From Blastocatellia bacterium (GTDB lineage: Bacteria > Acidobacteriota > Blastocatellia > UBA7656), in contig CAVXWP010000001.1 in NCBI GenBank assembly GCA_963765495.1, positions 192,001 to 256,000 on the forward strand: 64,000 nt of DNA, given 5' to 3'. Below, in pieces: positions 54,767-64,000 of this stretch (positions within the stretch are counted from its first letter, which is position 1; each line of letters starts with the position of its first letter). The translations under genes and the position numbers were made by a program. A model generated the notes under the pieces. That model searched no databases, was not told the origin of the DNA, and saw nothing but the letters and a program-made list of their open reading frames with translations.

Positions 54767-54850
54767 GGATCGCTTTTCGGTCTTAAGTTGATACCGGGAG
54801 GGTTTGAAACTATAATGCGGGCAATCGGAGGCAGAGGAGGGTTCACACCC

Positions 54851-55852
54851 ATGAAGATGCAAAACCTTTTCCCCGCGCTCGCGCTGATGTTATTTGTTGC
54901 AATTGCCGCACCCGCGCAAAACAACAATATGCTTCGCGGCAAGGTGCGCTCGCCCAGCGGCGAAACTCTCAACAACGCCATAGTCGAATTGAAAATAGGC
55001 GGCGGCGGCATGATAGGCCAGACCGTGACGCGCAACGACGGCGACTTTGCGTTCTCGAATCTGGAGGCCGGCGAATACGAAATCGAAGTCAACCTCGCCG
55101 GATACGAGCGAACTATTCAGATGGCCCGCTTTAATCACTCGCCGGGCGAACACTTTCAGGAGGTGCTCAATATCGAGGTTCTGCTTCGTCCGAAAGCGGA
55201 ACCTGCAACAGGCGCGCCCGGTATCAACTTCGCTCAAGACGTGCCAAAGGCGGCGCGCGAGGCTTATGAAAAAGGCATCGCCCGACTCCGCGAAGGGAAG
55301 ACGGACGAGGGCGTACGATTGCTGCGCGAGGCCACAACCGTCTTCCCGAATTATTTCGCGGCGCATCTTGGACTCGGGGCCGAGATGCTGCGCGCAGGCA
55401 AATACAACGACGCGCTCGAATCGCTTGAGCGCGCCCGCCAGATCAACGACCGCGAGGGGATGGTTTATCATCTGTTCGGACTGGTTATGATGAAGCAGCG
55501 CAAATTCACAGTAGCCGAATATGCTTTTCTTCAGGCAACACATCTGGACGGCACAAACGCCGCCGCGCACTTCTACAGAGGTCTGGCGCTGATCGAAATT
55601 GCCGTCCGTGGGCGCGATGAGAAACAGCAGAAAAGCGATCTGGCCGAGGCCGAAAAAGAGATGGACACCGCCTGGGATTTGAGCGACCGGCATATGACGG
55701 CCGTATACCTTCAGCGCGCCCGTATATTCGAGCGGCGCGGTGAAAAGCAGGCCGCCGCCGAGGCGCTCGAAAAATACCTGAAAGCCGAACCCCAGGCAAA
55801 AAACGCCGCCGCTATCCGCGAAGCCATATCAAAACTGCGCGGCCAGAAATAA
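54851..55852 (+). CDS. Secreted carboxypeptidase-regulatory-like domain plus TPR protein
   Basis: Signal peptide, LRGKV...G.FAFSNL..GEY...GYE, followed by TPR repeats. Confidence 0.85.
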   Translation: MKMQNLFPALALMLFVAIAAPAQNNNMLRGKVRSPSGETLNNAIVELKIGGGGMIGQTVTRNDGDFAFSNLEAGEYEIEVNLAGYERTIQMARFNHSPGEHFQEVLNIEVLLRPKAEPATGAPGINFAQDVPKAAREAYEKGIARLREGKTDEGVRLLREATTVFPNYFAAHLGLGAEMLRAGKYNDALESLERARQINDREGMVYHLFGLVMMKQRKFTVAEYAFLQATHLDGTNAAAHFYRGLALIEIAVRGRDEKQQKSDLAEAEKEMDTAWDLSDRHMTAVYLQRARIFERRGEKQAAAEALEKYLKAEPQAKNAAAIREAISKLRGQK

Positions 55853-56004
55853 TGAGCCTGACCGCCTGCTCGATCAATTTCGCTGTATAGACTCTTTCCA
55901 TCGGTGCTACTTTAAAGAACTCTTACGTCGAACTCACGTTATTCATATACATGCTCCGCGCACTCTTTAGCAGTAGCCGTCAGTTCATTATCTGCTGCCT
56001 ACTC

Positions 56005-56340
56005 CTACTGCCTGCTGCCTGCTGAAAGACGGTAGCCTACTTTTACCATGCTCTCGATGCGAAGCCCGTAGGGCGCAAGCGTATGCCGGAGGCGATGGAT
56101 ATGTACGCGAAGACTCTTTGCGTTAAAGGCGGCGACCTCTCCCCACGCATATCGCCATATTTCTTCCGACGGCACAATGCGATCAAGGCTTCGCGCAAGC
56201 CGCGACATTATCAGGAACTCTTTGCAGGGCAGTGAAACCGTTTGCCCCCCGAAGGCTAGATAATAGTTGGCATGCTCGATCCGCAGATAACCATCGTCAT
56301 AAACATTTTCGCTACGATCAAAGGCATAAACGTGTTGCAT
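56005..56340 (-). CDS. Stand-alone OmpR/PhoB-type winged-helix DNA-binding protein
   Basis: L..KEF..M..L....RIV..EEI...W......SLRVHIHRLR..L....IES..KVGYRL; no receiver domain. Confidence 0.85.
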   Translation of the reverse strand: MQHVYAFDRSENVYDDGYLRIEHANYYLAFGGQTVSLPCKEFLIMSRLARSLDRIVPSEEIWRYAWGEVAAFNAKSLRVHIHRLRHTLAPYGLRIESMVKVGYRLSAGSRQ

Positions 56341-56434
56341 ATCGACATCGGCCTCGCACCGCTCGATTCACAAAAGAAAGCGTTGACGCGGGACCGCCCG
56401 TCACACCTATTGATCGGTCCCGCGTCTTCATAAG

Positions 56435-56865
56435 GTTGACTATGGTTCCCACTTCCCAACCGCCTACCAGCGCTTCGCCTACGCCGCCAAGATCGCTCAG
56501 ATAAGTGCGGCCCCGGCCTATGGGCAGAGCGTAAAGCGCGCTCAGGTTGAAGCTGTGTCGCACATCGAAGCGGTTGTATCCACGGTCGCATTCGAAATCG
56601 TCCAGACACGCGGATGTCTGCGCCTCATTCGATCCGGCGGTGTTTCCGTAGCTTTTTGCAAACGTGTATTGCGCGCTCAGGGTCAGCCCTCTGTTGAAGC
56701 GTCGAAGGCGGGGAGGAGCATCCAGCCTGCACCCGGCTCGCTTTCAGAGCGCACCGTCGAGTTGACGGGCGCGCCCGAAGCCGAAAGCAACGCGAGAAGC
56801 GAGATGACGGCAATCGCTCCGAGCCGCGAGCAGTACGTCTTGATTGTGCAGCCCGAGAGATTCAT
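56435..56865 (-). pseudogene. Remnant of an Oar-type TonB-dependent receptor gene
   Basis: 56707-56435 translates RRFNRGLTLSAQYTFAKS...DRG...FDVRHSFNLSALYALPIGRG...VGGWEVGTIVN. A signal-peptide ORF starts at 56865 in another frame. Confidence 0.7.
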
Positions 56866-56908
56866 CCTTTTACATTCGTTTGCAGAGGTCTGAGGTTCCA
56901 AAGCAGGG

Positions 56909-56963
56909 ATGGTAACAAGAGCGGGTTAAGACCCTTTAAACAGCGCGCTAAATATTGATTAAT
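56909..56963 (-). promoter_or_regulatory. Pho-box-like 11-bp repeat array with extended -10
   Basis: attaatcaata/tttagcgcgct/gtttaaagggt/cttaacccgct then cttgtTACCAT. Confidence 0.55.
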
Positions 56964-56994
56964 TCAGGATCAAAGAGACGTGCAGTTTCCGGCC

Positions 56995-57616
56995 TCAGTC
57001 GATGACAAAACTGAAGAGCTTGAACTGTCCGTCCATCTCGAGCATCGAGCCGAAAAGTTTTATCTCCTGCTCGACTCCCGTTTCATCTTTGACTGTCAGG
57101 CGCGTGTCTTTGTGGACCTTGTAGTTCGGGTACGAATCCGTGCCTTTTTCGAAGCGTAATGAAACCAGCTTGTAACGTTTGCCCTTGTGTTTCGGCAATG
57201 TCTTGCTCAACCCGCCGAGGCTTGTGAGCGTGGCCTGTTGCCAGGCAAAGTCGCAGGTGACATTTGGCAACCGGCTCGCGGGCAGGTCCGGCCAGACGTA
57301 CTGACAAAACTCCTCTTTCGTGACGCGCAATCTCTTCATCGCCGTCACATCGCCTTCGGCCAGAGCATCTGAGAAACTTATGCGTGAGCGCCTCCGCGCT
57401 CGGTTGAGCCGCATCCAGCATTCGAGGCAGGGAAGGCACGCGAGCCGGGACGGTCGGTCGAGCGGTTTCAACCCCGGCAACCAGTGAAGGCTGCGAATTT
57501 GAAGAATCAACCTTCGCGCAGCCCTCGGCGAAAAGCGTCAGGCCGCACAGCAGAAAGAGCAGGCAAAGAGAGGTCGCCCGCCCATCTCGACAGGCGACCT
57601 CCGAACTTGATTTCAT
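56995..57616 (-). pseudogene. Putative lipoprotein, frameshifted at ~57370 in this sequence
   Basis: Lipobox-like AEGC in the ORF from 57616. Removing one base at 57370 joins ...ALTHKFL to DALAEGD... through FSFVID. Confidence 0.65.
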
Positions 57617-57621
57617 AGCTA

Positions 57622-58890
57622 TCAGTTTCCGTATACGAAGTTGGTCCATCCCACCGTCCAGTCGTCGCTTCCGTTAAAAGCGCCGACATAGTTTGCCGTC
57701 ACAAAGAACGGATCGTTTGCAAAGGGCGGTTGCGCGTTTGCAGCATCGAGAGCAGGCGAGCCTGCCTTCGGGCGGAAGTCGGGCGCAATCTTGTTGAACG
57801 GATCAGTAAGCTGCGGGTCAATCTGCATTATCTTTACCCCTTTTGCAGTGAGCGCGTTGGCGGTATCCCCGGCAAAGTTGCTCGGGGTCGCGATCCCGCT
57901 GCCGTTGTTAAAGAAGATGAAGCTCTGAAGCGTGAGCTTGTCCTGATCGACCTGCACGAAGCTGGCATCGTCTCTGATCTCCACGCCGACATTCTTGAAT
58001 CCCATGACTATGAAATTGCGGAGCTGTCCGGCTGTGCCTCTGCGCAGCACCATTCCGCGAGTGCTTCCCGGTCCCGCGCTCGGGTCGCCGATAAGCGTAA
58101 GGTTCATCATCTTTGGCGAAGACCTGGGCGAGAGGTCGTGGCCGAATTCGCTGTTATCGGCTTCAATCCCGTTGTCGGATTCGTCGGCGTATTGCTGAAT
58201 AAGGCCGAACTGAAGCCTGCCCGACCAGCCAAAGGTCCAGTCGAACCCGTCGTCATTTTCCGCCACCCCTATAAGGTGTTTGCAGTTCACCGTGCCGCCG
58301 AACCATTCAAACGCATCGTCGCCGCCCGCGAATGCTTCGACGAAATCTATCTGTGTAGTATTACCCACACCTTGAAAGGCTACGCAATTGAGTTCGTTGT
58401 CGGGGCTGATGGCGAATCCCCCGTATTCGACGCGAACATACTTCATACTGCCCGAATCATCGGCCGGGTCGTTGCCGCCGTAGAGTCCTGTGTCGCCTTC
58501 GCCGCTCGCCTCTCCGTTCTCGAAATTGATCGGCGCTCGACCGTTCAGGATCAGCCCGCCCCAGTCGCCTCGCGTGCGGGTTCCTTCGGGCGCTGCGCTT
58601 GTAAAGACTATGGGTTTATCGGGCGTTCCCTCGGCTACGATCCTCGCGCCCCGGTTTATGACAAGAAACGCGCCCGGCAATCCGAATATGTGAGTGCCCG
58701 GTTTGACGATAAGCTTCTTTGTGATAAAGACGCCGCCCCTGAGCAGGTAAACGTTTTGCGGCTTCAGTTTCTTTTTCTTGATCGTCCCTTCAAGCACGAT
58801 TGTCTCTGCATAAGATGTAGAGCTAAATGACATGATGATGCCAATTGCAATGCTCATCATCAACATTGTGACCATAAACTTGCGATTCAT
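57622..58890 (-). CDS. Secreted beta-solenoid protein typically paired with TonB receptors
   Basis: Signal peptide; A.GT..KPIVFTS, GDWGGLI, SG...YVRVEYGG, DD.FEWFGGTVN, DDGFDW..G, NGIEADN, WT.GWT. Confidence 0.75.
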   Translation of the reverse strand: MNRKFMVTMLMMSIAIGIIMSFSSTSYAETIVLEGTIKKKKLKPQNVYLLRGGVFITKKLIVKPGTHIFGLPGAFLVINRGARIVAEGTPDKPIVFTSAAPEGTRTRGDWGGLILNGRAPINFENGEASGEGDTGLYGGNDPADDSGSMKYVRVEYGGFAISPDNELNCVAFQGVGNTTQIDFVEAFAGGDDAFEWFGGTVNCKHLIGVAENDDGFDWTFGWSGRLQFGLIQQYADESDNGIEADNSEFGHDLSPRSSPKMMNLTLIGDPSAGPGSTRGMVLRRGTAGQLRNFIVMGFKNVGVEIRDDASFVQVDQDKLTLQSFIFFNNGSGIATPSNFAGDTANALTAKGVKIMQIDPQLTDPFNKIAPDFRPKAGSPALDAANAQPPFANDPFFVTANYVGAFNGSDDWTVGWTNFVYGN

Positions 58891-58997
58891 TTGAAGCAGT
58901 CCTCCTATTTTTTTCTGTGATCGCGCACTGATCACAGGCAGTTAAATTGAATCAAAGCGAGCGCCGCACGCCTTCCCCGCGCGCCTGCGCCAACCTG

Positions 58998-61808
58998 TTA
59001 GAAAATCCTGTAAGAAACCTTGAAGCTGAAGGTTCGGCCCGTACGATAGACCCGAAACGGCTGGCCTGCCAGCCGGTAATCAACCTGACGGTTCAACAGG
59101 TTTTCGGCGGTGAATTCACCGCGTAGCCTCTTCTCTCCTCCGAAATACTTGGCAAACAAAAAGTCCAGATGCGGATAACTGTGCTCGATGATGTCGGGTA
59201 GTCCCAGAGCGCCTACATCGGTTATGCGCTCGCCCGTAAAGTTGTAGAGCGCGCGCGATTCGATGCCATAGCGAGGCAGTTCATAATCGAGCACGACATT
59301 CAAAACGTTTTGAGCCTGCCCGACAAGCGGGCGCTCAAGATTCGTCAAAATCGAACGGTCCTGTTCGCCTATCTCAACTCGTGAGCGGACGAATGTGTAG
59401 TTTGCGCTCACGGAAAAATTCTCGAACTTTCCCCACAAACTGCCGAGCCTCTTGCGGGTCTCGATCTCAACTCCGGTATTGCGGGCCTTGTCGGCATTGC
59501 GATACGAAGTTCTGAGTTGCGTTTGCGCCTCTATGAAAACCTCTATCGGGTCCTTCAAATCCTTGTGAAAGACGCTGACGGCAAGCAACTGTGTCGGAGC
59601 AAAAAACCATTCCCAGCGAACGTCATAATTCGTGATCAGGGTACGCCTGATGTTGGGATTTCCGACCGCGGACCTTCCGCCGGTAACGTCTGTAAATTCA
59701 AACGGGCTCAACTCTCGAAACTGCGGGCGGGCTACGGTGCGGCTGTATCCGCCGCGCAGGTTCATAGAACCGTTTTTCAGAGCGTAGGCGATGCCTACGC
59801 TTGGCAGCACGTCGGTGTTTTTCAGGCTGGCAAGCACCGGGATCACATCGGCCCGAAACGGTTCGAAGGTCTGCACCTGTTGTTCGGATTTCTCGATTCG
59901 AGCGCCGCCGATAAAGCGCCATCGTTTCATCGTGAAATCGGCCATCCAGTAACCGGCCGTGATGTTGTGCAGCGCGACGTAATGATCGGTCGTGCGAGTC
60001 TCTTCCCGAATTTCGAACCCGCGAGTCTGTTCTATATTCTCGGGGACGAGAATCTCTTCGGGCAGCAAAGTGGTGTCAATCCCGGTGACGCTGCGCGGAA
60101 CGAAGCGAAAACGGCGCGAATCGAATACGCGGTCTCGATTTATATAACTGAAGCCCGCTTTCGTGTTGAGTGAAAACCCGCCAAAGAACCAGTATTTTGC
60201 CCAGTCGGCTGCGGGCTCGCGCACGTTTTCGCGCATCTTGTTAAAGAGGCGAAAGAGGCTTTGCGTCTGGTTAAAGTATATGAAATCACCCGTGGCCGGG
60301 CTGAATTCATAAAGCGCCTCGCGCAGGTCCGGCTCGTCGAGCGTTGCGCGGGAATAGGTGTATCGCCACGTAAAGACGCTGTCGCCCAAGAATCGGACAA
60401 GGTGATTGCCCGACAGTTGCCCCGTGTAAATTCGCTCTTCGATATAACGCAGGCGGGTGTCTCTGAGGTCGGTTCCACGGTCTTCGTTGAAGCCCTCAAA
60501 GATTCTGGATTCGTCGGTCGCCTGATTGGTCAGGAAATTCTTAAAGAAGACTTTGTGGTTCTTTGTTATTTCGTAGGCGGTATTGAGTGTGCCGCCAAGT
60601 CGTGCGGCCATCGTGCTCGAATCGTAATCGTATGTGTTCGAGGGGCGGATCACCCCCTGGCTGCCTATCTGGTAAAAATCCCTGATCTCGGCCAGATTCT
60701 GCTGCTCGTTTTTGAAACTGATAGCGCCGACAAATCCGAACTTTCCAAAAGTTTGACCGCCCGATATGCTCCATCCAATTTCCGGGCGCGCATCGTCGGT
60801 CTGCGGAGTATATACATTTCTGAAGGATTCGCCGATCACTTCCAACTGGCTCGGAGTAAAGCCGCCGGGCAGGAATAGATTTCCTCTTAGCAATCGCTCG
60901 TTTTCGGGTATGCCTGCGGGCAGGCGGCGCGATCTCTTGCCGAAACCGAAAAAGTCGCGGGTTCCGCCGCCCGGATAGCCAAGAAAGTCCTTGCCGTAGG
61001 TCGCGGAGTTAAACCCGGTCGAAAACGATACCGAAAGCGATCTGGCCTTTGGCAGATCGATAGTCTCAAGGCGAACAAGCCCGCCCGAAAACTCTCCCGG
61101 CTGGTCGGGCGTGAAGGTCTTTAGAACCTTGACGCTTTGCAGCAGATTGGCCGGGATCAAATCCATCGGCACGACTTTGCGATCGGGCTCGGTCGTCGGC
61201 ATGAGCGCGTCATTGAGCGACGTGTTGCTGTAGCGTTCGCCGAGCCCGCGCACAAACACAAAGCGGTTTTGCACGCTCACGCCGGGCGCGCGTTGCAGCA
61301 CACCGGCCGCGCTCGAAGCCGTGTCTTTGCTGATCTCTGTAGCCGAAATGTTGTCGGAAATCGTGGTCGCGGCCTTTCGGTCTTCGATCATCGCCGCCAC
61401 ATCATTTGAACTGTCGGCTGTGACGGTGACGCTCTCGCCGTAGCCGACCGGAGAGAGCACCGCGTTTAATTCATTTGTCGCGCCCGGGGTAACGACTACC
61501 TGATCAATCGTCTGTTCAAGAAACCCGTCACGATGGAATCGTACGGAATAGGTTCCCGGCGCGAGGCTGATCGAATACTCCCCGTCCACCCCCGTCTTTA
61601 CGGGTGCGCCTGAACCTGCTGCCTCGCCTGCTATCTCGATAGTAGCCTGCGTCAGCGGATCGCCTGTTGCCACATTGTAAACTACGCCCGTTATCTTCCC
61701 ATTTTTGGGACTCTGTAATTGCCGATACAATCCTTTAGCAGATCCGAGCGTTGAGGCGAGAATCAGCATACACAGTATTGGTATAAGTATGGGGCGTTTT
61801 GAAGACAT
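58998..61808 (-). CDS. TonB-dependent receptor with N-terminal carboxypeptidase-regulatory-like domain
   Basis: Plug motif RAPGVSV...VRGLGERYS, barrel motifs YSRTVARP.FREL and GNP, terminal Phe (YRIF). Confidence 0.92.
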   Translation of the reverse strand: MSSKRPILIPILCMLILASTLGSAKGLYRQLQSPKNGKITGVVYNVATGDPLTQATIEIAGEAAGSGAPVKTGVDGEYSISLAPGTYSVRFHRDGFLEQTIDQVVVTPGATNELNAVLSPVGYGESVTVTADSSNDVAAMIEDRKAATTISDNISATEISKDTASSAAGVLQRAPGVSVQNRFVFVRGLGERYSNTSLNDALMPTTEPDRKVVPMDLIPANLLQSVKVLKTFTPDQPGEFSGGLVRLETIDLPKARSLSVSFSTGFNSATYGKDFLGYPGGGTRDFFGFGKRSRRLPAGIPENERLLRGNLFLPGGFTPSQLEVIGESFRNVYTPQTDDARPEIGWSISGGQTFGKFGFVGAISFKNEQQNLAEIRDFYQIGSQGVIRPSNTYDYDSSTMAARLGGTLNTAYEITKNHKVFFKNFLTNQATDESRIFEGFNEDRGTDLRDTRLRYIEERIYTGQLSGNHLVRFLGDSVFTWRYTYSRATLDEPDLREALYEFSPATGDFIYFNQTQSLFRLFNKMRENVREPAADWAKYWFFGGFSLNTKAGFSYINRDRVFDSRRFRFVPRSVTGIDTTLLPEEILVPENIEQTRGFEIREETRTTDHYVALHNITAGYWMADFTMKRWRFIGGARIEKSEQQVQTFEPFRADVIPVLASLKNTDVLPSVGIAYALKNGSMNLRGGYSRTVARPQFRELSPFEFTDVTGGRSAVGNPNIRRTLITNYDVRWEWFFAPTQLLAVSVFHKDLKDPIEVFIEAQTQLRTSYRNADKARNTGVEIETRKRLGSLWGKFENFSVSANYTFVRSRVEIGEQDRSILTNLERPLVGQAQNVLNVVLDYELPRYGIESRALYNFTGERITDVGALGLPDIIEHSYPHLDFLFAKYFGGEKRLRGEFTAENLLNRQVDYRLAGQPFRVYRTGRTFSFKVSYRIF

Positions 61809-61865
61809 CTCTTCTCCTTAGTCGTGGTTCGGCCTTGCATAGGGATTGTGTTGCTAAAGATGAGG

Positions 61866-61920
61866 AATCTAACAAGTGGTGGTTAAGCTGAGATGAATCG
61901 GTTCTTAACTCTTTGTAAAC
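61866..61920 (-). promoter_or_regulatory. Pho-box-like 11-bp repeat array with extended -10
   Basis: gtttacaaaga/gttaagaaccg/attcatctcag/cttaaccacca then cttgtTAGATT. Confidence 0.6.
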
Positions 61921-61955
61921 TTCGGTCTCTGAAAATATGAGGATAATAAAAGGTG

Positions 61956-62040
61956 GGAATAGACTACGGATTCGACGAATCAACAGGGATTTAACTGATC
62001 CATGAAAATCGATCCGATCCGTGTCATCCGTGGCCTATTA
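61956..62040. repeat. MITE/REP-like element, degenerate copy D
   Basis: ggaatagact-acggattcgacg... ending ggcctatta; shares acggattcgacg with copy C. Confidence 0.7.
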
Positions 62041-62048
62041 GCGCAACG

Positions 62049-63260
62049 CTATTTTGGAGCTTCAACCAGCCCCACACGTTGAGGCGTAAACGCCGGAAAG
62101 ATCGCGGACGTGTCGCGGCCCTCTGAGACGTAAAAGAGAATCTCCGACAACACAGAACGATAATCTATGAGCCTCTTCAATCCGCCCGGTCCCGCCTCTT
62201 CTTCATCTTCTTCAAGACCGGGCCATTTTCCGTGAACGCGGCCCCCGTTGATCCCGCTACCCATCGCAAACAGAGCGAATCCGCGTCCGTGGTCCGTGCC
62301 AAGCGAGCCGTTCTCATAAATCCGCCGCCCAAACTCCGTCATCACAAGCGTGACTACGCGGTCTCGATAATCGGTCAGGTCCGAATCAAATGCGGCAAGC
62401 CCTTGCGCAAGTTCCGCAATCACATCGGCCTGCAATCCGTCGGTCGTCCCCTGAAAGAAATGCGTATCCCAACCGCCCAGATCGATACAGGCGGCTTCCA
62501 CACCTACATCGGCCTTCACAAGCCGGCTGATTTCCCTGAGCCCCGCGCCGTATTCCGTCTGCGGATAATCAGCGCCTGTGGCGGGCGCGTAAGGTTTTTC
62601 TCTTAGCGCCTCTACGCGCTTCAACAGATCGAGCGTCTCGCGGCCCGGCGCGGCAAGCACTCCCGCCTGTGCGCCGTACATCTGTGAAAGCGCCGCAGAA
62701 ACCGCGCGCGGGTCGCTTGATGAAGACTTTATCTGCAAGTCTTCCAGAGTGTAAATCGCGCTTGCCGCCGGTGCTGCCCGCAGCGATTCCGGTATGGTCG
62801 CGCCTATCGCTACCGCCGAGAGCGGACTGCTCTTCCCACCCGTTCCCGTCCGTAAGTAGCGGCCCAGCCAGCCGCCGCCTATCGTCCTGTCGTATGCTTC
62901 GCCGTGCTCCATCTGATCCTGTGCTTCGAAATGCGACCCCGTAGGATTGTCCGACCCTACCGCCTGAACCACGGCCAGCCGGCCCTCGCTGTAGGCGGGA
63001 AACAGGGGCCGGAGTTTTGGGTGAAAGCCGTAGAAATCGTCGAGGCGAATCGCTGCGCCGTCGGTTTGAACACTCGCGGGCCGCGCAATCGAGATCGTCG
63101 GGCGCAGGGAATAATAACGATCATCGCCGTAGGGGACTACTAGATTAAGCGTATCAGCGCCTCCCCGAAGAAAGACGCACACAAGCGTCTTTGACCCCGA
63201 GCGGGAAACCGAGCCCGCCAGCGCGAGGTTGCGTAAAAATCCGCGACGTGAACTGTTCAT
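62049..63260 (-). CDS. DUF1501 domain protein (Tat-like leader)
   Basis: SRRGFL, FLRGGAD, SHFEAQ, GGWDTH, TEFGR, GTDHG. Confidence 0.9.
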   Translation of the reverse strand: MNSSRRGFLRNLALAGSVSRSGSKTLVCVFLRGGADTLNLVVPYGDDRYYSLRPTISIARPASVQTDGAAIRLDDFYGFHPKLRPLFPAYSEGRLAVVQAVGSDNPTGSHFEAQDQMEHGEAYDRTIGGGWLGRYLRTGTGGKSSPLSAVAIGATIPESLRAAPAASAIYTLEDLQIKSSSSDPRAVSAALSQMYGAQAGVLAAPGRETLDLLKRVEALREKPYAPATGADYPQTEYGAGLREISRLVKADVGVEAACIDLGGWDTHFFQGTTDGLQADVIAELAQGLAAFDSDLTDYRDRVVTLVMTEFGRRIYENGSLGTDHGRGFALFAMGSGINGGRVHGKWPGLEEDEEEAGPGGLKRLIDYRSVLSEILFYVSEGRDTSAIFPAFTPQRVGLVEAPK

Positions 63261-63298
63261 AAACGACTCCGAAACTGAATCAACACCTTTGAACTGAA

Positions 63299-64000
63299 TC
63301 AACACCTTTGAAATGCCGGAGATGCCAGGATCAACCCGATAACCGAGGCGTTTGTTTCTTCGCCGGTTTGTCGCATCCGGTCGGCATACTGATCAAGCGC
63401 CGCGACCTCATCGGGCGTGCCTGCGCGGCCTATGAAATGAGGCAAGAGCCTTCGAGGGGAAATCTCTTTATCGCCGCAGCCTAAAGCCCGGCTGAGTTCC
63501 GCGAGAGGCACGTCTGCCGAAGGCACCTGATTTGAAGCAAGCGCGAGCGCAAAATTCCACCGCCATAAAAGCGTGCCAAGCCACGGGCTGGCCTCTTCGG
63601 GATATCCGTCGGGCGTCGGGTACTGGAATAAACCCTGTCCCATGCGGGCGAGGTATTCAAGCAGCGGAGTGTGCGCGTGCGTATCGGTTGCCGTGGCTCT
63701 CATGGCGCTCGCTATGAAATGAAACGGGCGCTTTATCTTCGCCCCCTTTGATGCCTTGAATTCATCCGATGTCAGGATAGCCCTGACCAGCGATTTTATA
63801 TCGCCGTCGGTTTCGATAAAGATAGAGGCCACGCGCTCTGTCAGGGAAGCGGGGGGATCATCAGCGACAAACTTGCGGGCGAGTTTTCCGGCGATGTGGC
63901 GAGCCGTTGACGGATGAGAACAGACTATATCTATGACACGTTCAAGATCATCGGGGCCTCCGCCCGCAGGGATCAATTGACCCAGGACCTCTTTTGCGTC
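63299..64000 (-). CDS. DUF1800 domain protein, 5'-truncated by the window
   Basis: HPSTARHIA.KL...FV.D.PP, K.KRP, MGQ.LF..PTPDGY, SPAFQ; adjacent to DUF1501. Confidence 0.88.
   Translation of the reverse strand, partial: DAKEVLGQLIPAGGGPDDLERVIDIVCSHPSTARHIAGKLARKFVADDPPASLTERVASIFIETDGDIKSLVRAILTSDEFKASKGAKIKRPFHFIASAMRATATDTHAHTPLLEYLARMGQGLFQYPTPDGYPEEASPWLGTLLWRWNFALALASNQVPSADVPLAELSRALGCGDKEISPRRLLPHFIGRAGTPDEVAALDQYADRMRQTGEETNASVIGLILASPAFQRC

Noticed and set aside
3820-62040. Intergenic repeat arrays as a CRISPR array
   Set aside because: Units are 7-10 nt, tandem and inverted, with no 23-47 nt repeats separated by unique spacers; no cas genes in the window.

Overview
Chromosomal window of a moderately GC-rich bacterium. 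The gene content (Oar-type TonB receptors, HEAT/TonB-C protein, stand-alone receiver and winged-helix proteins, DUF1800/DUF1501) suggests Acidobacteriota, probably Blastocatellia; this is inference, not a database result. 1-16.7 kb is mixed housekeeping and accessory: a 5'-truncated WD40-caspase, a nitrilase with an LLM oxidoreductase, an orphan NurA, psd-pssA, DUF465, an MFS transporter, tRNA-His and a Nudix gene. This part also holds two candidates absent from the ORF track: a 74-nt hairpin ncRNA and a 49-aa ORF with its own promoter and terminator. 17.4-47.4 kb is a ~30 kb Wzx/Wzy exopolysaccharide locus of the PEP-CTERM/exosortase-associated type. It contains algD, an amidotransferase, a heparinase II/III-like lyase, two paralogous beta-helix proteins, a tailoring cassette, a small VEP-tailed protein, a BY-kinase with Walker A Lys->Arg and a frameshifted wza. 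Next (47.7-52 kb) comes the best candidate for an undescribed system: a membrane Ser/Thr pseudokinase, an ExeA-like ATPase and an oversized ECF-sigma-like protein behind a sigma54-type promoter. 56-62 kb is a probable phosphate-starvation unit with two matching Pho-box-like promoters, one of which precedes a decayed TonB receptor and a receiver-less winged-helix regulator. Intergenic gaps carry several families of short inverted-repeat elements built from 7-mers and 9/10-mers. No CRISPR array, rRNA, integrase or transposase was seen. All family calls come from motif recognition by eye.
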